Source of the DNA: Macrostomum lignano
Taxonomy: Eukaryota
Length of the DNA stretch: 64,000 nt
Direction of reading: 5' to 3'
NCBI GenBank assembly: GCA_002269645.1
Contig: NIVC01003293.1
Coordinates: 136,194 to 200,193, forward strand
Shown here: positions 1 through 16,717 of the stretch, piece after piece
Numbering within the stretch: position 1 is the stretch's first letter
How the letters are laid out: each line of letters starts with the position of its first letter
Program-made: the position numbers and the translations under genes
The notes under the pieces: generated by a model
What the model was told of the DNA's origin: nothing
Databases searched by the model: none
What the model saw: the letters and a program-made list of their open reading frames with translations, nothing else

Positions 1-4471
<4,471 letters not shown>

Positions 4472-4803
4472 GCGAGTAGTTCTGGAATTGAAATCAATAT
4501 TTCACTGAACACAATGCAAATCTGACAGTTAGAATAGAATATTTAAGCAGATTTAAATGCCATTTATATTTTTGTACCGGAATATTTAAAAAACATTTTT
4601 TGCAACTGGCCGGAAATTTTGCTGGAGGCTTTCGTTGCAAAATGCATTGGCGAGAGAAAAAAATTCAGTTTTTAGGACTACGTCGTAAATTAGCAATGTG
4701 TCACCATCTGGACTTCCCCTAGCAGAAGCGTCTTTGTGCTTCAGTTGTCTGTGCTGTTCTACTGTATACCGAATTGCAGACAGATTAAATATACAGAGCC
4801 TCT

Positions 4804-5274
4804 CAGGTAGAGTTGCTTGCTTTGCAAATAATGTGAATAAAAAACCCACAATCAACATTTGTAAGTCGACGCGTTTCGCGTGACGCAAAAAATTGATGAG
4901 TAAATAATTATTCTGCACATTATTATTGATGAATAATTATCGACCCATGTACATCTGACCATAAAATTGAGATTCTTTAGGCCATGCACATAAAAGCTTT
5001 GTCCCCCAACCTCAACACTCAACTCCAACATAGTGGCGCAGGCCATGTTCTCCGTGATTTTTAAGTTTTGAGAGAGAACGCCGACTACGGACTGCACTGC
5101 TCTGCCAAAGTCTCCGTCCGTGTGCCATCAATTTTTTGCGTCACATAAAAAAATATTATCGTTAGCTTCGGTTTTTTTCGTTCTAATAAAATAAACCTGA
5201 AGATGCACCCCGGAGTGCGAAACGCGTCGACTTGCAAGTGTTGACTGTTGGTTTTTTATTCACACAGAGCCTCT
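4804..5274 (+). mobile_element. Penelope-like element remnant: inverted terminal segment plus hammerhead-ribozyme core
   Basis: Absent from the paralogous site near 15560. Flanked by a duplicated CAGAGCCTCT (4794-4803 and 5265-5274). 48-bp imperfect inverted repeats at 4832-4879 and 5217-5264. CTGAAGA-T-GCAC-loop-GTGC-GAAAC-GC-GTC at 5197-5228. Confidence 0.65.
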
Positions 5275-6869
5275 AACGAGTTTTCCAAAATCAAATCTAT
5301 GAAGTAAAAATCGCTAAGAGATATGCGTCTCCATAAATCAATCTGAAACTTAATGCAAGCAGGGATTAATTACAGTATGTTTATGTAATGCCGTCGCTTC
5401 CGACTCTTTGATGACTACTGCTGCTGCCTACTAACTCTCCCTCTGGCTGTCCTTAACAACTTGCACGGCAGGTAGCTGGCCTGAGTGGTCTAGCACTATG
5501 GTCCGAGAACCCTCGCTTAGTCTCTATCAGGTTACAATTAGATATTAAACTGAGTTGGTAGTTGGGTTGCTGCCACCTTGTAGGTCTACAGGTGTCGAAT
5601 AGACAATAAACTAAAACTAACAATATGTGATTGGTGGTGCAGAAAGGAAGGAGGGGAAAGAAGTGAAGGACCTAAGCCGCGGGTTGAAGTTGTATTTATA
5701 CTAACAATGATGAACAGGCCAGCCAAATTGTCTGTGGTAAATGAACGGTTACGATAGTCTGTGGGAAAGGCATGGTAGACAAAGGGAGACGGCTAACTGA
5801 AAAGTACAAGGTAATAGAAAGTACAAATATTTGGAGGATGTAAATCCGACAACAGGTAATATCCTTGACAGGCTATCCCTAGGTAGGCCTACTGTAAGTA
5901 GAAAATAAATAAGACAAGGCAAGTCAGTTAAACGTTTATTAATGTGAGTAACGGTCACAGGCCGATCCTAAATTATCGTTCAATTGCTCAGCTGGTGTCG
6001 CAGTAACCAGCCCTAAGCCTTATTAGGTGTCAATTTGATGTTGCCCCATAGCGTAGGTTGTAGGCCTTGAGACCAGACGGGTCCAGACGGTGTTGAAGGT
6101 CTGGCGTGCTGTCGACACAATAGCCTGCGGCAGTCTTAATGAGCAATGGCAGCTGCTAGGTTATCCCTAGGAAAAGCGTCTAGCGAATCTGCCTAAGCTA
6201 GTCCGTCTAGGAAAAGCATCTAGGAATACTAGCTCTTGCTCGAAGCCAAGCAGGCGGTCTCCGAACGGATGGTCTCTTTTGGGCCCTCACCTACTCCGTA
6301 TTTATACTAAAATCTGGGGCGGGCTCAGGGCCAATAGAAAGCTCAGAATCAGTTCCGTGGCAGATCTCGAGGCAGTTCCGTGGACTACCCGGAGCCAGGA
6401 ACGATCTCGGAGATGTCCATAAGACATCTGCCTCATCACGAGTGCTCCGCATGGCCTACTGGTACACTGCTTACATGTTGCAGCATGCAAGGAGTGCAAC
6501 CAAGACCCCACGAGAGCCTACCCCGGGCGGAGAGCTATGCTCTCGTTCCCGCAGACTAACAGAGACTGTACTAAGGGAGAAATATCCCACTGACTAACAT
6601 TCTATTTTTAGCCCATTGCAGCCTGCGCCAGGGCTCAAGTGATGAAGCTCGAACTCTGCTCCAGTTTCCGCAGTCGAAATACAATATTGACTGCGCGGCA
6701 TCTTCTTTAGCCAAGAGATAAGCAGACCGCTCGTTCGTTCTTTTTCTTGCAAAATAATAATTTTTAAATAAACAACACGTAAGCTTGCAGGACCTTGTAC
6801 AGCCATTATTGTTAGTCTCTTTGGTAAAATACTGTTCAAAGCAAAAAAGCATCAGCACTGAAAGACAGC

Positions 6870-7162
6870 TATCTAACCAAGAAATCAGCACCCCCCGTGA
6901 GCTTTGGCTCAAAGCATCCCAGCAACCTCCATGAGCCACAGCATTTCTGCAACCCTCCCCATGAGCCAATTGACATCTCAGCAATTCCCCCATGACTCTT
7001 TTATGGTTGACAGGGCGATTATTTTATAATTGAACCCTTAACCCTAACTCTAACCAAATTGCCCATGATCGCTTTGGGCCACAGCATTTCCGAAAAATCG
7101 GTTGAGCCGTTTTTTTAAAACCAATCACACAGATGCCGACTAATGATGTTTAGTATAGTCGA
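6870..7162 (-). mobile_element. Short copy of the local non-autonomous Helitron-like family (mirrored at about 9014-9305 +)
   Basis: A|TCgactatactaaa 5' end at 7162, the aaaatcggttgagccg core and degenerate ttgacatctcagcaattccc repeats are shared with the long copies. The 3' CTAG end is degenerate. Confidence 0.6.
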
Positions 7163-7715
7163 TTACATGAGGTACAAAAGTATTATAGAACGGCTTTTTT
7201 GCACCTGGAATTCAAACGCTCAATCGAAGCTGAAAAATTTAAAGCATGAAACATAAGCAACTTAAATCAGTTGGTAGAAGAGAAGAAACAACAGTCATGT
7301 CGTGAAGCTTCTGAAAATGGAGGCTAGTTATTCGTTTTTTAGAAAAAAATCTTGCATATTTCTGGGAAGTGGGAGAAGTTATTCTAACAAGGAATTTCGT
7401 GTAATGAATAGCGAGGAAGGTCGAAGGTGCGGCAATAGTGACGAACAGCAGTGGCAAACCGAAAAGTATTTACAGCACTCAACTACGACAGGATCGGTGA
7501 CTAAAAAAGGGAGACAAAAGGGCGAGTCGGAGGCAGCCGCTGGCCTGAGCAGCCCCGCGCGGTATAAAAACCACTCAATGGTTGGGTAGGGGCTGCTCAA
7601 GCACCCACGGACAGAGACAGCACTGAACAGAGGAGATGCTGCTCATAAAGAGATATACTGAATTAAATGCAGCTTACTTACTTACTTACTTACTACTGAC
7701 GGGGGGCGCAGGCGC

Positions 7716-8505
<790 letters not shown>

Positions 8506-10080
8506 CTGCATTTAATTCAGTATATCTCTTTATGAGCAGCATCTCCTCTGTTCAGTGCTGTCTCTGTCCGTGGGTGCTTGAGCAGCCCCTACCCAACCAT
8601 TGAGTGGTTTTTATACCGCGCGGGGCTGCTCAGGCCAGCGGCTGCCTCCGACTCGCCCTTTTGTCTCCCTTTTTTAGTCACCGATCCTGTCGTAGTTGAG
8701 TGCTGTAAATACTTTTCGGTTTGCCACTGCTGTTCGTCACTATTGCCGCACCTTCGACCTTCCTCGCTATTCATTACACGAAATTCCTTGTTAGAATAAC
8801 TTCTCCCACTTCCCAGAAATATGCAAGATTTTTTTCTAAAAAACGAATAACTAGCCTCCATTTTCAGAAGCTTCACGACATGACTGTTGTTTCTTCTCTT
8901 CTACCAACTGATTTAAGTTGCTTTGTTTCATGCTTTAAATTTTTCAGCTTCGATTGAGCGTTTGAATTCCAGGTGCAAAAAGCCGTTCTATAATACTTTT
9001 GTACCTCATGTAATCGACTATACTAAACATCATTAGTCGGCATCTGTGTGATTGGTTTTAAAAAACGGCTCAACCGATTTTTCGGAAATGCTGTGGCCCA
9101 AGGCGATCATGGGCAATTTGGTTAGAGTTAGGGTTAAGGGTTCAATTATAAAATAATCGCCCTGTCAACCATAAAAGAGTCATGGGGGAATTGCTGAGAT
9201 GTCAATTGGCTCATGGGGAGGGTTGCAGAAATGCTGTGGCTCATGGAGGTTGCTGGGATGCTTTGAGCCAAAGCTCACGGGGGGTGCTGATTTCTTGGTT
9301 AGATAGCTGTCTTTCAGTGCTGATGCTTTTTTGCTTTGAACAGTATTTTACCAAAGAGACTAACAATAATGGCTGTACAAGGTCCTGCAAGCTTACGTGT
9401 TGTTTATTTAAAAATTATTATTTTACAAGAAAAAGAACGAACGAGCGGTCTGCTTATCTCTTGGCTAAAGAAGATGCCGCGCAGTCAATATTGTATTTCG
9501 ACTGCGGAAACTGGAGCCGAGTTCGAGCTTCATCACTTTGGCACTGAAGAAGATCAGCTGCATTCTTGTTCTAGCAAAGAGCTACTTAAAGAGAAAAGAA
9601 AAATGATAAACATACTGTAAATAATCCTTGCTTGCATTACGCTCGAAGCTGTACATCATCAACTTGTCGAAACGGCTTTCTTGGTAAAGAGAATTATTGC
9701 AACATCATGATTAAAATCTGAATACCTTCAAAAGATTATGTTTAGTATTCGCCGAAAACATACTCTTGAATCTTCAATTCAGGAATAAATGAGATGTAAT
9801 ATTCGAGGGGAAAAAACAGCCAAAATTTCTTTCATGTTTTACATCCTGCGAAAAATGAATTGAATGGAATCTGAAATAGAAAAATTAAATATCGATGAGC
9901 ACTTTTAGTCACGAATTTGCTGATTAGAGTTTTTTTGAAGCTTACTTGAAGTAGTTAGCTCAATGTTCATAGCAATGAATTAAAAACTGTAATATCAATT
10001 AAATGATAGAGTTCCAACGGCTTGAGAGTTCAGAGATACCTCGGCAGCGGCCGCTCGGGCCAGGCCTGATGCGAGGGCAA

Positions 10081-10300
10081 GGTGTACCCAGGTGGGGTGT
10101 ACCCAGGCGGGGTGTACCCAGGCGGGGTGTACCCAGGCGGGGTGTACCCAGGCGGGGTGTACCCAGGCGGGGTGTACCCAGGCGGGGTGTACCCAGGCGG
10201 GGTGTACCCAGGCGGGGTGTACCCAGGCGGGGTGTACCCAGGCGGGGTGTACCCAGGCGGGGTGTACCCAGGCGGGGTGTACCCAGGCGGGGTGTACCCA
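10081..10300. repeat. 15-bp minisatellite (GGTGTACCCAGGCGG), about 14.7 copies
   Basis: Near-perfect tandem array. Confidence 0.97.
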
Positions 10301-10394
10301 GTCATTCAGAAAATTTTCCGATTGAATTCTTTTTGACTGGTAGAGATTAATAAACACCCTCTACCAGGTCGCTCCTTATTGCTTGGCATGGACA

Positions 10395-10718
10395 GAGAAG
10401 CCACCCACCTCACTCTAATCACTTCTCATAGGCTAATATGAATAGAGAAGCCACTTGCCTCACCCCAGTCGCTTCTTATTGGCTTTACTAAATAGAGAAG
10501 TCACCCAACTCACTCCAGTCACTTTTCATTGGCTGAGATGAATAGAGAAGCCACTTGCCTCACCCCAGTCGCTTCTTATTGGCTTTACTAAATAGAGAAG
10601 TCACCCACCTCACTCTAATCACTTCTCATAGGCTAATATGAATAGAGAAGCCACTTGCCTCACCCCAGTCGCTTCTTATTGGCTTTACTAAATAGAGAAG
10701 CCACCCACCTCACTCCAG
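10395..10718. repeat. ~59-bp tandem repeat with alternating A/B units (about 5.5 copies)
   Basis: Recurrent atagagaag(c/t)cac..ctcac..attggct; every second unit is nearly identical. Confidence 0.88.
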
Positions 10719-11226
10719 ACGAATAGGAATCCTTCAGTGCCCAGGACTTTGACGGCGGCAAAACCCTCGGTTTAGCCTGGCTAAGGGCTACCTGCAATAA
10801 GTTAATCTCGTGCGGATTGGTTTATGTGAGTACAGGCTCGTACCTGTTGCTTTCTTACTACCTGGTTGAGAGTTACAAACCAACACAGAAGACAAGTTTG
10901 CACGAACTTCTCCGGTGCAGGACAAGTACCCGGAAGAGATCTCCACCGCTCTGGTTCTGACCCACGAGATCGGGCACAACCTCGGCTTCGAGCACATGCA
11001 GGACTTCCCTGCGTGCCAGTGCAATCGGTCGTCAACCGGCTGCATAATGAACTCTTATCTCGCGTCTGCGACTCGGTGAGTGTAGAAATTTAACAGTTTA
11101 CAGAAATTTGAACAGCTGTGAGCTGGTATCGATTTTACAATCGATTTCCCATGCTCCACCCCAGCATGGAAGCTCTGGGCTGGTCATCCTGCTCCTTGGA
11201 CGCCTGGAGCTCGCAAGCCAGCGAGA

Positions 11227-12255
11227 CAGACCGACACAAACAGACACAGACAGACACAGACAGACACACAGAGACACAAACAGACACAGACAGACACAGA
11301 CAGACACAGAAAGACACAGACAGACACAGACAGACACAGACAGACACAGACAGACACAGACAGACACAGACAGACACAGACGCAGGCAGACACAGACAGA
11401 CACAGACTGACACAGACAGACACACAGAGGCACAAACAGACACAGACGCAGGCAGACACAGACAGACACAGACAGACACAGACAGACACAGACAGACACA
11501 GACAGACGCAGGCAGACACAGACAGACACAGACAGACACAGACAGACACACAGACAGACACAGACAGACACAGACGCAGGCAGACACAGACAGACAAAGA
11601 CAGACACAGACAGACACACAGACAGACACAGACAGACACAGACGCAGGCAGACACAGACAGACACAGACAGACACAGACAGACACAGACAGACACAGACA
11701 GACACAGACAGACACAGACAGACACAGACAGACACAGACGCAGGCAGACACAGACAGACACAGACTGACACAGACAGACACACAGAGGCACAAACAGACA
11801 CAGACGCAGGCAGACACAGACAGACACAGACAGACACAGACAGACACAGACAGACACAGACAGACACAGACAGACGCAGGCAGACACAGACAGACACAGA
11901 CAGACACAGACAGACACACAGACAGACACAGCCAGACACAGACGCAGGCAGACACAGACAGACAAAGACAGACACAGACAGACACACAGACAGACACAGA
12001 CAGACACAGACGCAGGCAGACACAGACAGACACAGACAGACACAGACAGACACAGACAGACACAGACAGACACAGACAGACACACAGACAGACACAGACA
12101 GACACAGACGCAGGCAGACACAGACAGACACAGACAGACACAGACAGACACAGACAGACACAGACAGACACAGACAGACACACAGACAGACACAGACAGA
12201 CACAGACGCAGGCAGACACAGACAGACACAGACAGACACAGACAGACACACAGAC
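11227..12255. repeat. ~1-kb compound (CAGACA/CAGA/CAGACG)n microsatellite
   Basis: Directly visible; accounts for the long low-complexity ORFs at 11098-12269. Confidence 0.97.
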
Positions 12256-12608
12256 AGCGAATGCTTCACGAGGCTGAACGTCGAAAGCGAGTACTTAAAA
12301 TATTTTTTTACATCAATGAACTGGTTCTGATTTCGTAATTTCTATAACTGAATTTGTTTTCTCACTGTGAGGCGCACGCCAGGTAGGAAAAGGTTGGCGT
12401 AGTTGAATCCGAGACTGATAAGTTCGTAAGCCGCATGTGGCAGTGGCCGTAGTACTCGCTTTCGACGTTCAGCCTGGTGAAGCATTCACTGTCTGCGCTT
12501 CTGGCTGCGGAAGAGAACAGCCGCTGGCACTGGGCGGTTGAGGACCTGCACTGTCCTTTGTAGCAGAAGGCCTGGAGAACAGCGAGCGGTCGGAAAAGGT
12601 TAGTATAA

Positions 12609-13434
12609 TGTTGTAGGCCCAATTTAAATTCTCGCGTCACTATGGAAACATAACTCGGAAAAGAGTTTTTGTTTAAATGAATCTGGTCCCCCACCCCAAT
12701 CTTATTATAAATACACGGGAGTTTTGCGCCCAGAGAGGGAACCGAGTTCCGACCGAGACTTTTCAGTTAGATCTTTGGTTCATAGGCGAATTGCCTATAA
12801 AATTGAAGAAGTGTTCCAAGCCTTCCTTCATTTGCTAGAAAAGCTAAGAGCGAATGCTCATTGGACAGAAAGTAGAAATTACCAAGAGCAAGAGACGAAT
12901 AGTCTAAAAGCCAATTGCGTACTTGCAAAGAGCAGAGGCGTAGCCAGCCAATAGAAAGGGGAGATATCCCAATAGAAATATTCGAACTGAACAACCAATG
13001 GGAAGTCGTATATGACAAGAGCAAATCCGTAAGAGGAAATTGAAACTCACCGGGCAACCTCGATCCACTGGAGGACGCTGCTTTAGGACTTAGTCATCCC
13101 CCCTCTCTCCCTAGCTAAACAGTGTCTTGCCGCTCGGGCACTGCGCGCTACCAGGGCAATCCGTGCTTACGTGAAAGCCCATAATCTTAACTCCGTGACA
13201 CCGTATTTTAATAGTCCACAACGAACCTAATAGCTAAATTTATGAAATTCTAGAATTATAGCAAATTTTATCCTAATACAACATGGTGATTGCGGTAAAA
13301 TTTAGAGAATAATAATGGTCCCCTACAACAACTTGGTGACAGCTGTAGAATTGTGAATAGGCAGAGGAATTCCCCTACAACAACTTGGTGGCACAGCGAG
13401 ATAAAATACAATAATAGTAAAGAGGCCTACAACA
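12609..13434 (+). mobile_element. Solo-LTR-like insertion (826 bp, TG...CA)
   Basis: Begins TGTTGTAGGCC and ends GGCCTACAACA (11-bp perfect inverted ends). ATAA on both sides (12605-12608, 13435-13438) as a 4-bp TSD. Internal TATAAATA near 12706. No coding signature. Confidence 0.65.
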
Positions 13435-15601
13435 ATAATGCTTTTGTTACTAGTACGTACCTCACTTTTGAAGGTGATGTGAGTTACAAAATTATTAATG
13501 TAAAAAAATATTACATCAATAGAAATTACGAAATCAGGACCAGTTTATTTAATGTAAAAAAATATTTTTAGTATGGAGCTTTTAGTAAGTCAGTTGGCTT
13601 ACTAGGAGAGTATTTATCTTCAAATTAATTTTCGAGTACAGAAGATCTATGAGTACTAAAATAGGGTTCTTTGCTGCGCAGGAACGGAACAAAGCAGGCA
13701 CAGGAAATTCAAGAACACGGGCTCATGCTTTGTTGCGCACTTCGACCACATGTTTCGGCATCAGCTCCGACTTCGCTGGTCACTGACCTTCACCCAGGCG
13801 GAGCTTCTGGACCTTCAACAGATGGTACCAGGTGACCATGGATACCCTGTTGCGAAATAACTTTAAAAAATGGCAACCTCAACTGCTGGACATCCTCAGC
13901 CAGTCTCTCAAGTAGTCTGTAGTCATCCAGACGCCGTTGGCTCCTTTAAAGGGTGACAAAAAAGTGATCAAGGACGCCCAATTTCATTTCTGAAGCTCGT
14001 AAAACTTCTGCGCATAAAGGTGGCTTTAATTAAGTTTAACCTTTCATTTCATTAAGTTTAACCTTTTTAACCTTTCAAACGAAACCTCAGAAAACGTAAA
14101 AACTGCTAAAACAATCAAAATCAAAATAAAATTAGTGCGAAGGTATGACAGCTGCTACTGTACACTCGACAGAAGCTATTACTTACATGTGGACGAAATT
14201 GTTTCTGATCGTAATAAATTCTTTCTCAATTTCATGTGCCGCCTGCGTATCAACTTTTTAAAATCCTGCTCAGGTGTCCATAGTCCCCCGATGCCACCCG
14301 ATGAAGGTGTCGACGGCGTCGAGGTAATGACGGAACGCTTGCGAGACTAGCTGAGAATGTCCAGCAGTTGAGGTTTGCCCACCGTCGATCCTTGATTAGC
14401 GAAACTAGAGACATTTGCAATATAAAGTGTACACAGTCCCCTGATACCACCTATTGAATGTCTGGAAGCTCCACCTGGATTAAGGCCAGTGACCAACGAA
14501 GTCAGAGCTGATGCAGACACATGTGGTCGACTTACTGATGAAATTTGGAGGCTTGACAAGGCTGCAGTGAGGCGCAGTGCTGATTGGCACACAGGGGGGG
14601 GGGCATTGAATACTCTTCTAGGAAAAGCCGACGAACGTTCGTACAAGATAAAACCAGGCAAGTCATTTTTGAACCCAAAACCAACCCGTAGATGTGCGTG
14701 AATTCGACCTGCACGCTGTTAAGCACGGTGCGCGCCTGCAGTTCATGTCCTGACTGCGGCGCCAACGGGGTGCTCACTACAGGCAGCGTCTGCTTCTGCA
14801 ATCCGGGCTTCGCTCCGCCAAACTGTTCCACTGTAGGCTGCGGCGGCTCCGTGACGTCACCGCTGACCTGTTCCGGTGAGTATGCCGATGCAGCTCCAAA
14901 CGCAATACCTTTGAAGAGCAAACAGAAGCATTTTAATTTCCTCATTTGATTTATAGGACCTGTGGGCACTACAGCGACACCGACTCGTGCATGGACAACT
15001 GCCACCACTGGCACAACTGCCAAGACAGATGCGACTGCCACCACTGGCACTGCCAAGACAGATGCGACTGCCACCACTGGCACAACTGCCACCACTGGCA
15101 CAACTGCCACCACTGACACAACATTTCTTCTGCAAAGATTCACACTCAATCCCGATGGTGGAGTGAACTGTGGCGATCAGTTAGGCGCAGCCATCAGCTC
15201 AATTATTTTCATGACATTGTCGACACTGACAATCATGATGAAGCGAGTAGTTCTGGAATTGAAATCAATATTTCACTGAACACAATGCAAATCTGACAGT
15301 TAGAATCCAATATTTAAACAGATTTAAATGCCATTTATATTTTTGTACCGGATTATTTAAAAAACATTTTTTGCAACTGGCCAGAAACTTTGCTGGAGGC
15401 TTTCGTTGCAAAATGCATTGGTGAGACAAAAAAATTCAGTTTTTAGGACTAAATTTCCAATGTGTCACCCTCTGGACTTCCCCTAGCAGAAGCGTCTTTG
15501 TGCTTCAGTTGTCTATGCTGCTCTACTGCACACCGAATTGCAGACAGATTAAATATACAGAGCCTCTAACGAGTTTTCCAAAACAAATCGATGAAGTAAA
15601 A

Positions 15602-16262
15602 CTGGGTATGCGACAGTGTGGTTCGTAGAAGGCATGTATCAAAGCTCGTATCGTATTTCCTTATTTCGCACTCATACCGTACTACTTGTAATCCTTCATT
15701 CATTTCAACAATATTCTATACGTATTAATATTGCGCTTATGTTACTTTTGTATCTGTAGTTATTGGTCGCCTCGCATGTATTTATTCTATTATTTTTATT
15801 TCATGCATATCGTGTTACTTCTCGTAAAGTAGTTCCTATTTATGTACATGTATTTAGTTTACAGTATTCTAGCACGAGTTTGTACAGTTCGCTTGGGGGG
15901 GTTGCCTGATTAGGCCTGTTTATCAATTGTTATCATGTTTACATGTACATTATACTCGTAAATATACGCTTGCAGTCAGCGGCCGCTTTCTCACTTCTTC
16001 TCTGCTCGCGGGTCCTTAGCCGTCTGGCTTTTCCTCGCCCTCACAAGTTTACCCTTCCGCCGCCTACTTCGGCCCACCAATCAGCAGGGTCTCGACCGGC
16101 CTTCGCAAGGCGCAACCAGAGCTCATTGGATTAAAGCCCATTAAAGTACCCACTTACAATTACGCTAGTGTGAATTCGGCTGCTGAGCTGGATCGTAGAC
16201 TTAATCAAATTAGTTAATAAATTAACCGCTACACCAGAAAAGTCTTCCGCCGTAATCGTCAC
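15602..16262. mobile_element. ~660-bp insertion relative to the paralogous segment, possibly LTR-derived
   Basis: Homology to 5290-5350 is interrupted here and resumes at about 16263. AATAAA..CTACACCA near the end. No clean TSD. Confidence 0.3.
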
Positions 16263-16622
16263 AGCTAAGAGGGACGCGTCTCGATAAATCAATCTGAAAC
16301 TTTTAGGAAGCGATGACAAAAATATTAATGACGTTGAGACCTGACAAAGAATAACGAAATTGTAACAAACAGCTTGTAATTTATTTGATCGCGGATCGCG
16401 GACATTCGAGGAAAAATTTATTGGTCCTCAAGATAAAGCCAATAATCCCAATTGTAATTGACTTAAGGGAACGCGAAAAAGTTAGATCTTGGTGCTTATA
16501 GCAGTGTTTTTTTGCATTGTTTAGCAATTTGACGATCATTATTCACATTTTTTATGCAGAACAATACATTACTACAAACAATGCATTGTTTTTAGGACCT
16601 TCAAACAGAAAAAAATGCAAAG

Positions 16623-16717
16623 AATCAGCGGTCGCAGCACGTGACAACGATTAGTCTATGGCTCGCGCTTACCGGCGCTCGCCAGACAATCGTTGTCACG
16701 CACTGGGACCGCTGATT
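16623..16717. repeat. 95-bp hairpin (34-bp imperfect arms), MITE-like
   Basis: aatcagcggtcgcagcacgtgacaacgattagtct pairs with agacaatcgttgtcacgcactgggaccgctgatt. Confidence 0.7.

Larger units (their letters stand above)
10738..15279 (+). pseudogene. Disrupted tandem duplicate of the ADAM gene
   Basis: Intact exons 10738-10825 (DFDGGKTLGLAWLRATC), 10921-11075 (HEIGHNLGFEH at 10963-10995, CIM Met-turn), 14692-14875 and 14957-15279. The next exon is cut by a microsatellite at about 11227. The disintegrin exon and the 3612-3783 homologue are missing. The Cys-rich exon is inverted (12366-12571, minus). No upstream exons found between 4.5 and 10.7 kb. Confidence 0.85.

Noticed and set aside
5470-5515. 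tRNA/SINE head (TGGCCTGAGTGGTCTAGC)
   Set aside because: A-box-like only, with no B-box; too short to call.
6020-6135. CR1/L2-like 3' remnant on the minus strand (LPQAIVSTARQTFNTVWTRL)
   Set aside because: Similarity too short and weak to support without a search.
9995-10357. YPGGV / WVHPA / GYTPP repeat proteins resembling elastomeric proteins
   Set aside because: A 15-bp unit without stops is open in several frames; no signal peptide, splice context or synonymous variation.
11098-12269. Long ORFs of 216-383 aa (SVCVCLCL.. / QTDTDRH..)
   Set aside because: Stop-free translation of the CAGACA microsatellite; no coding evidence.
13319-13434. CRISPR array
   Set aside because: Only 2.5 repeats of 20 bp, eukaryotic context and no cas genes; kept only as an LTR-end micro-array finding.
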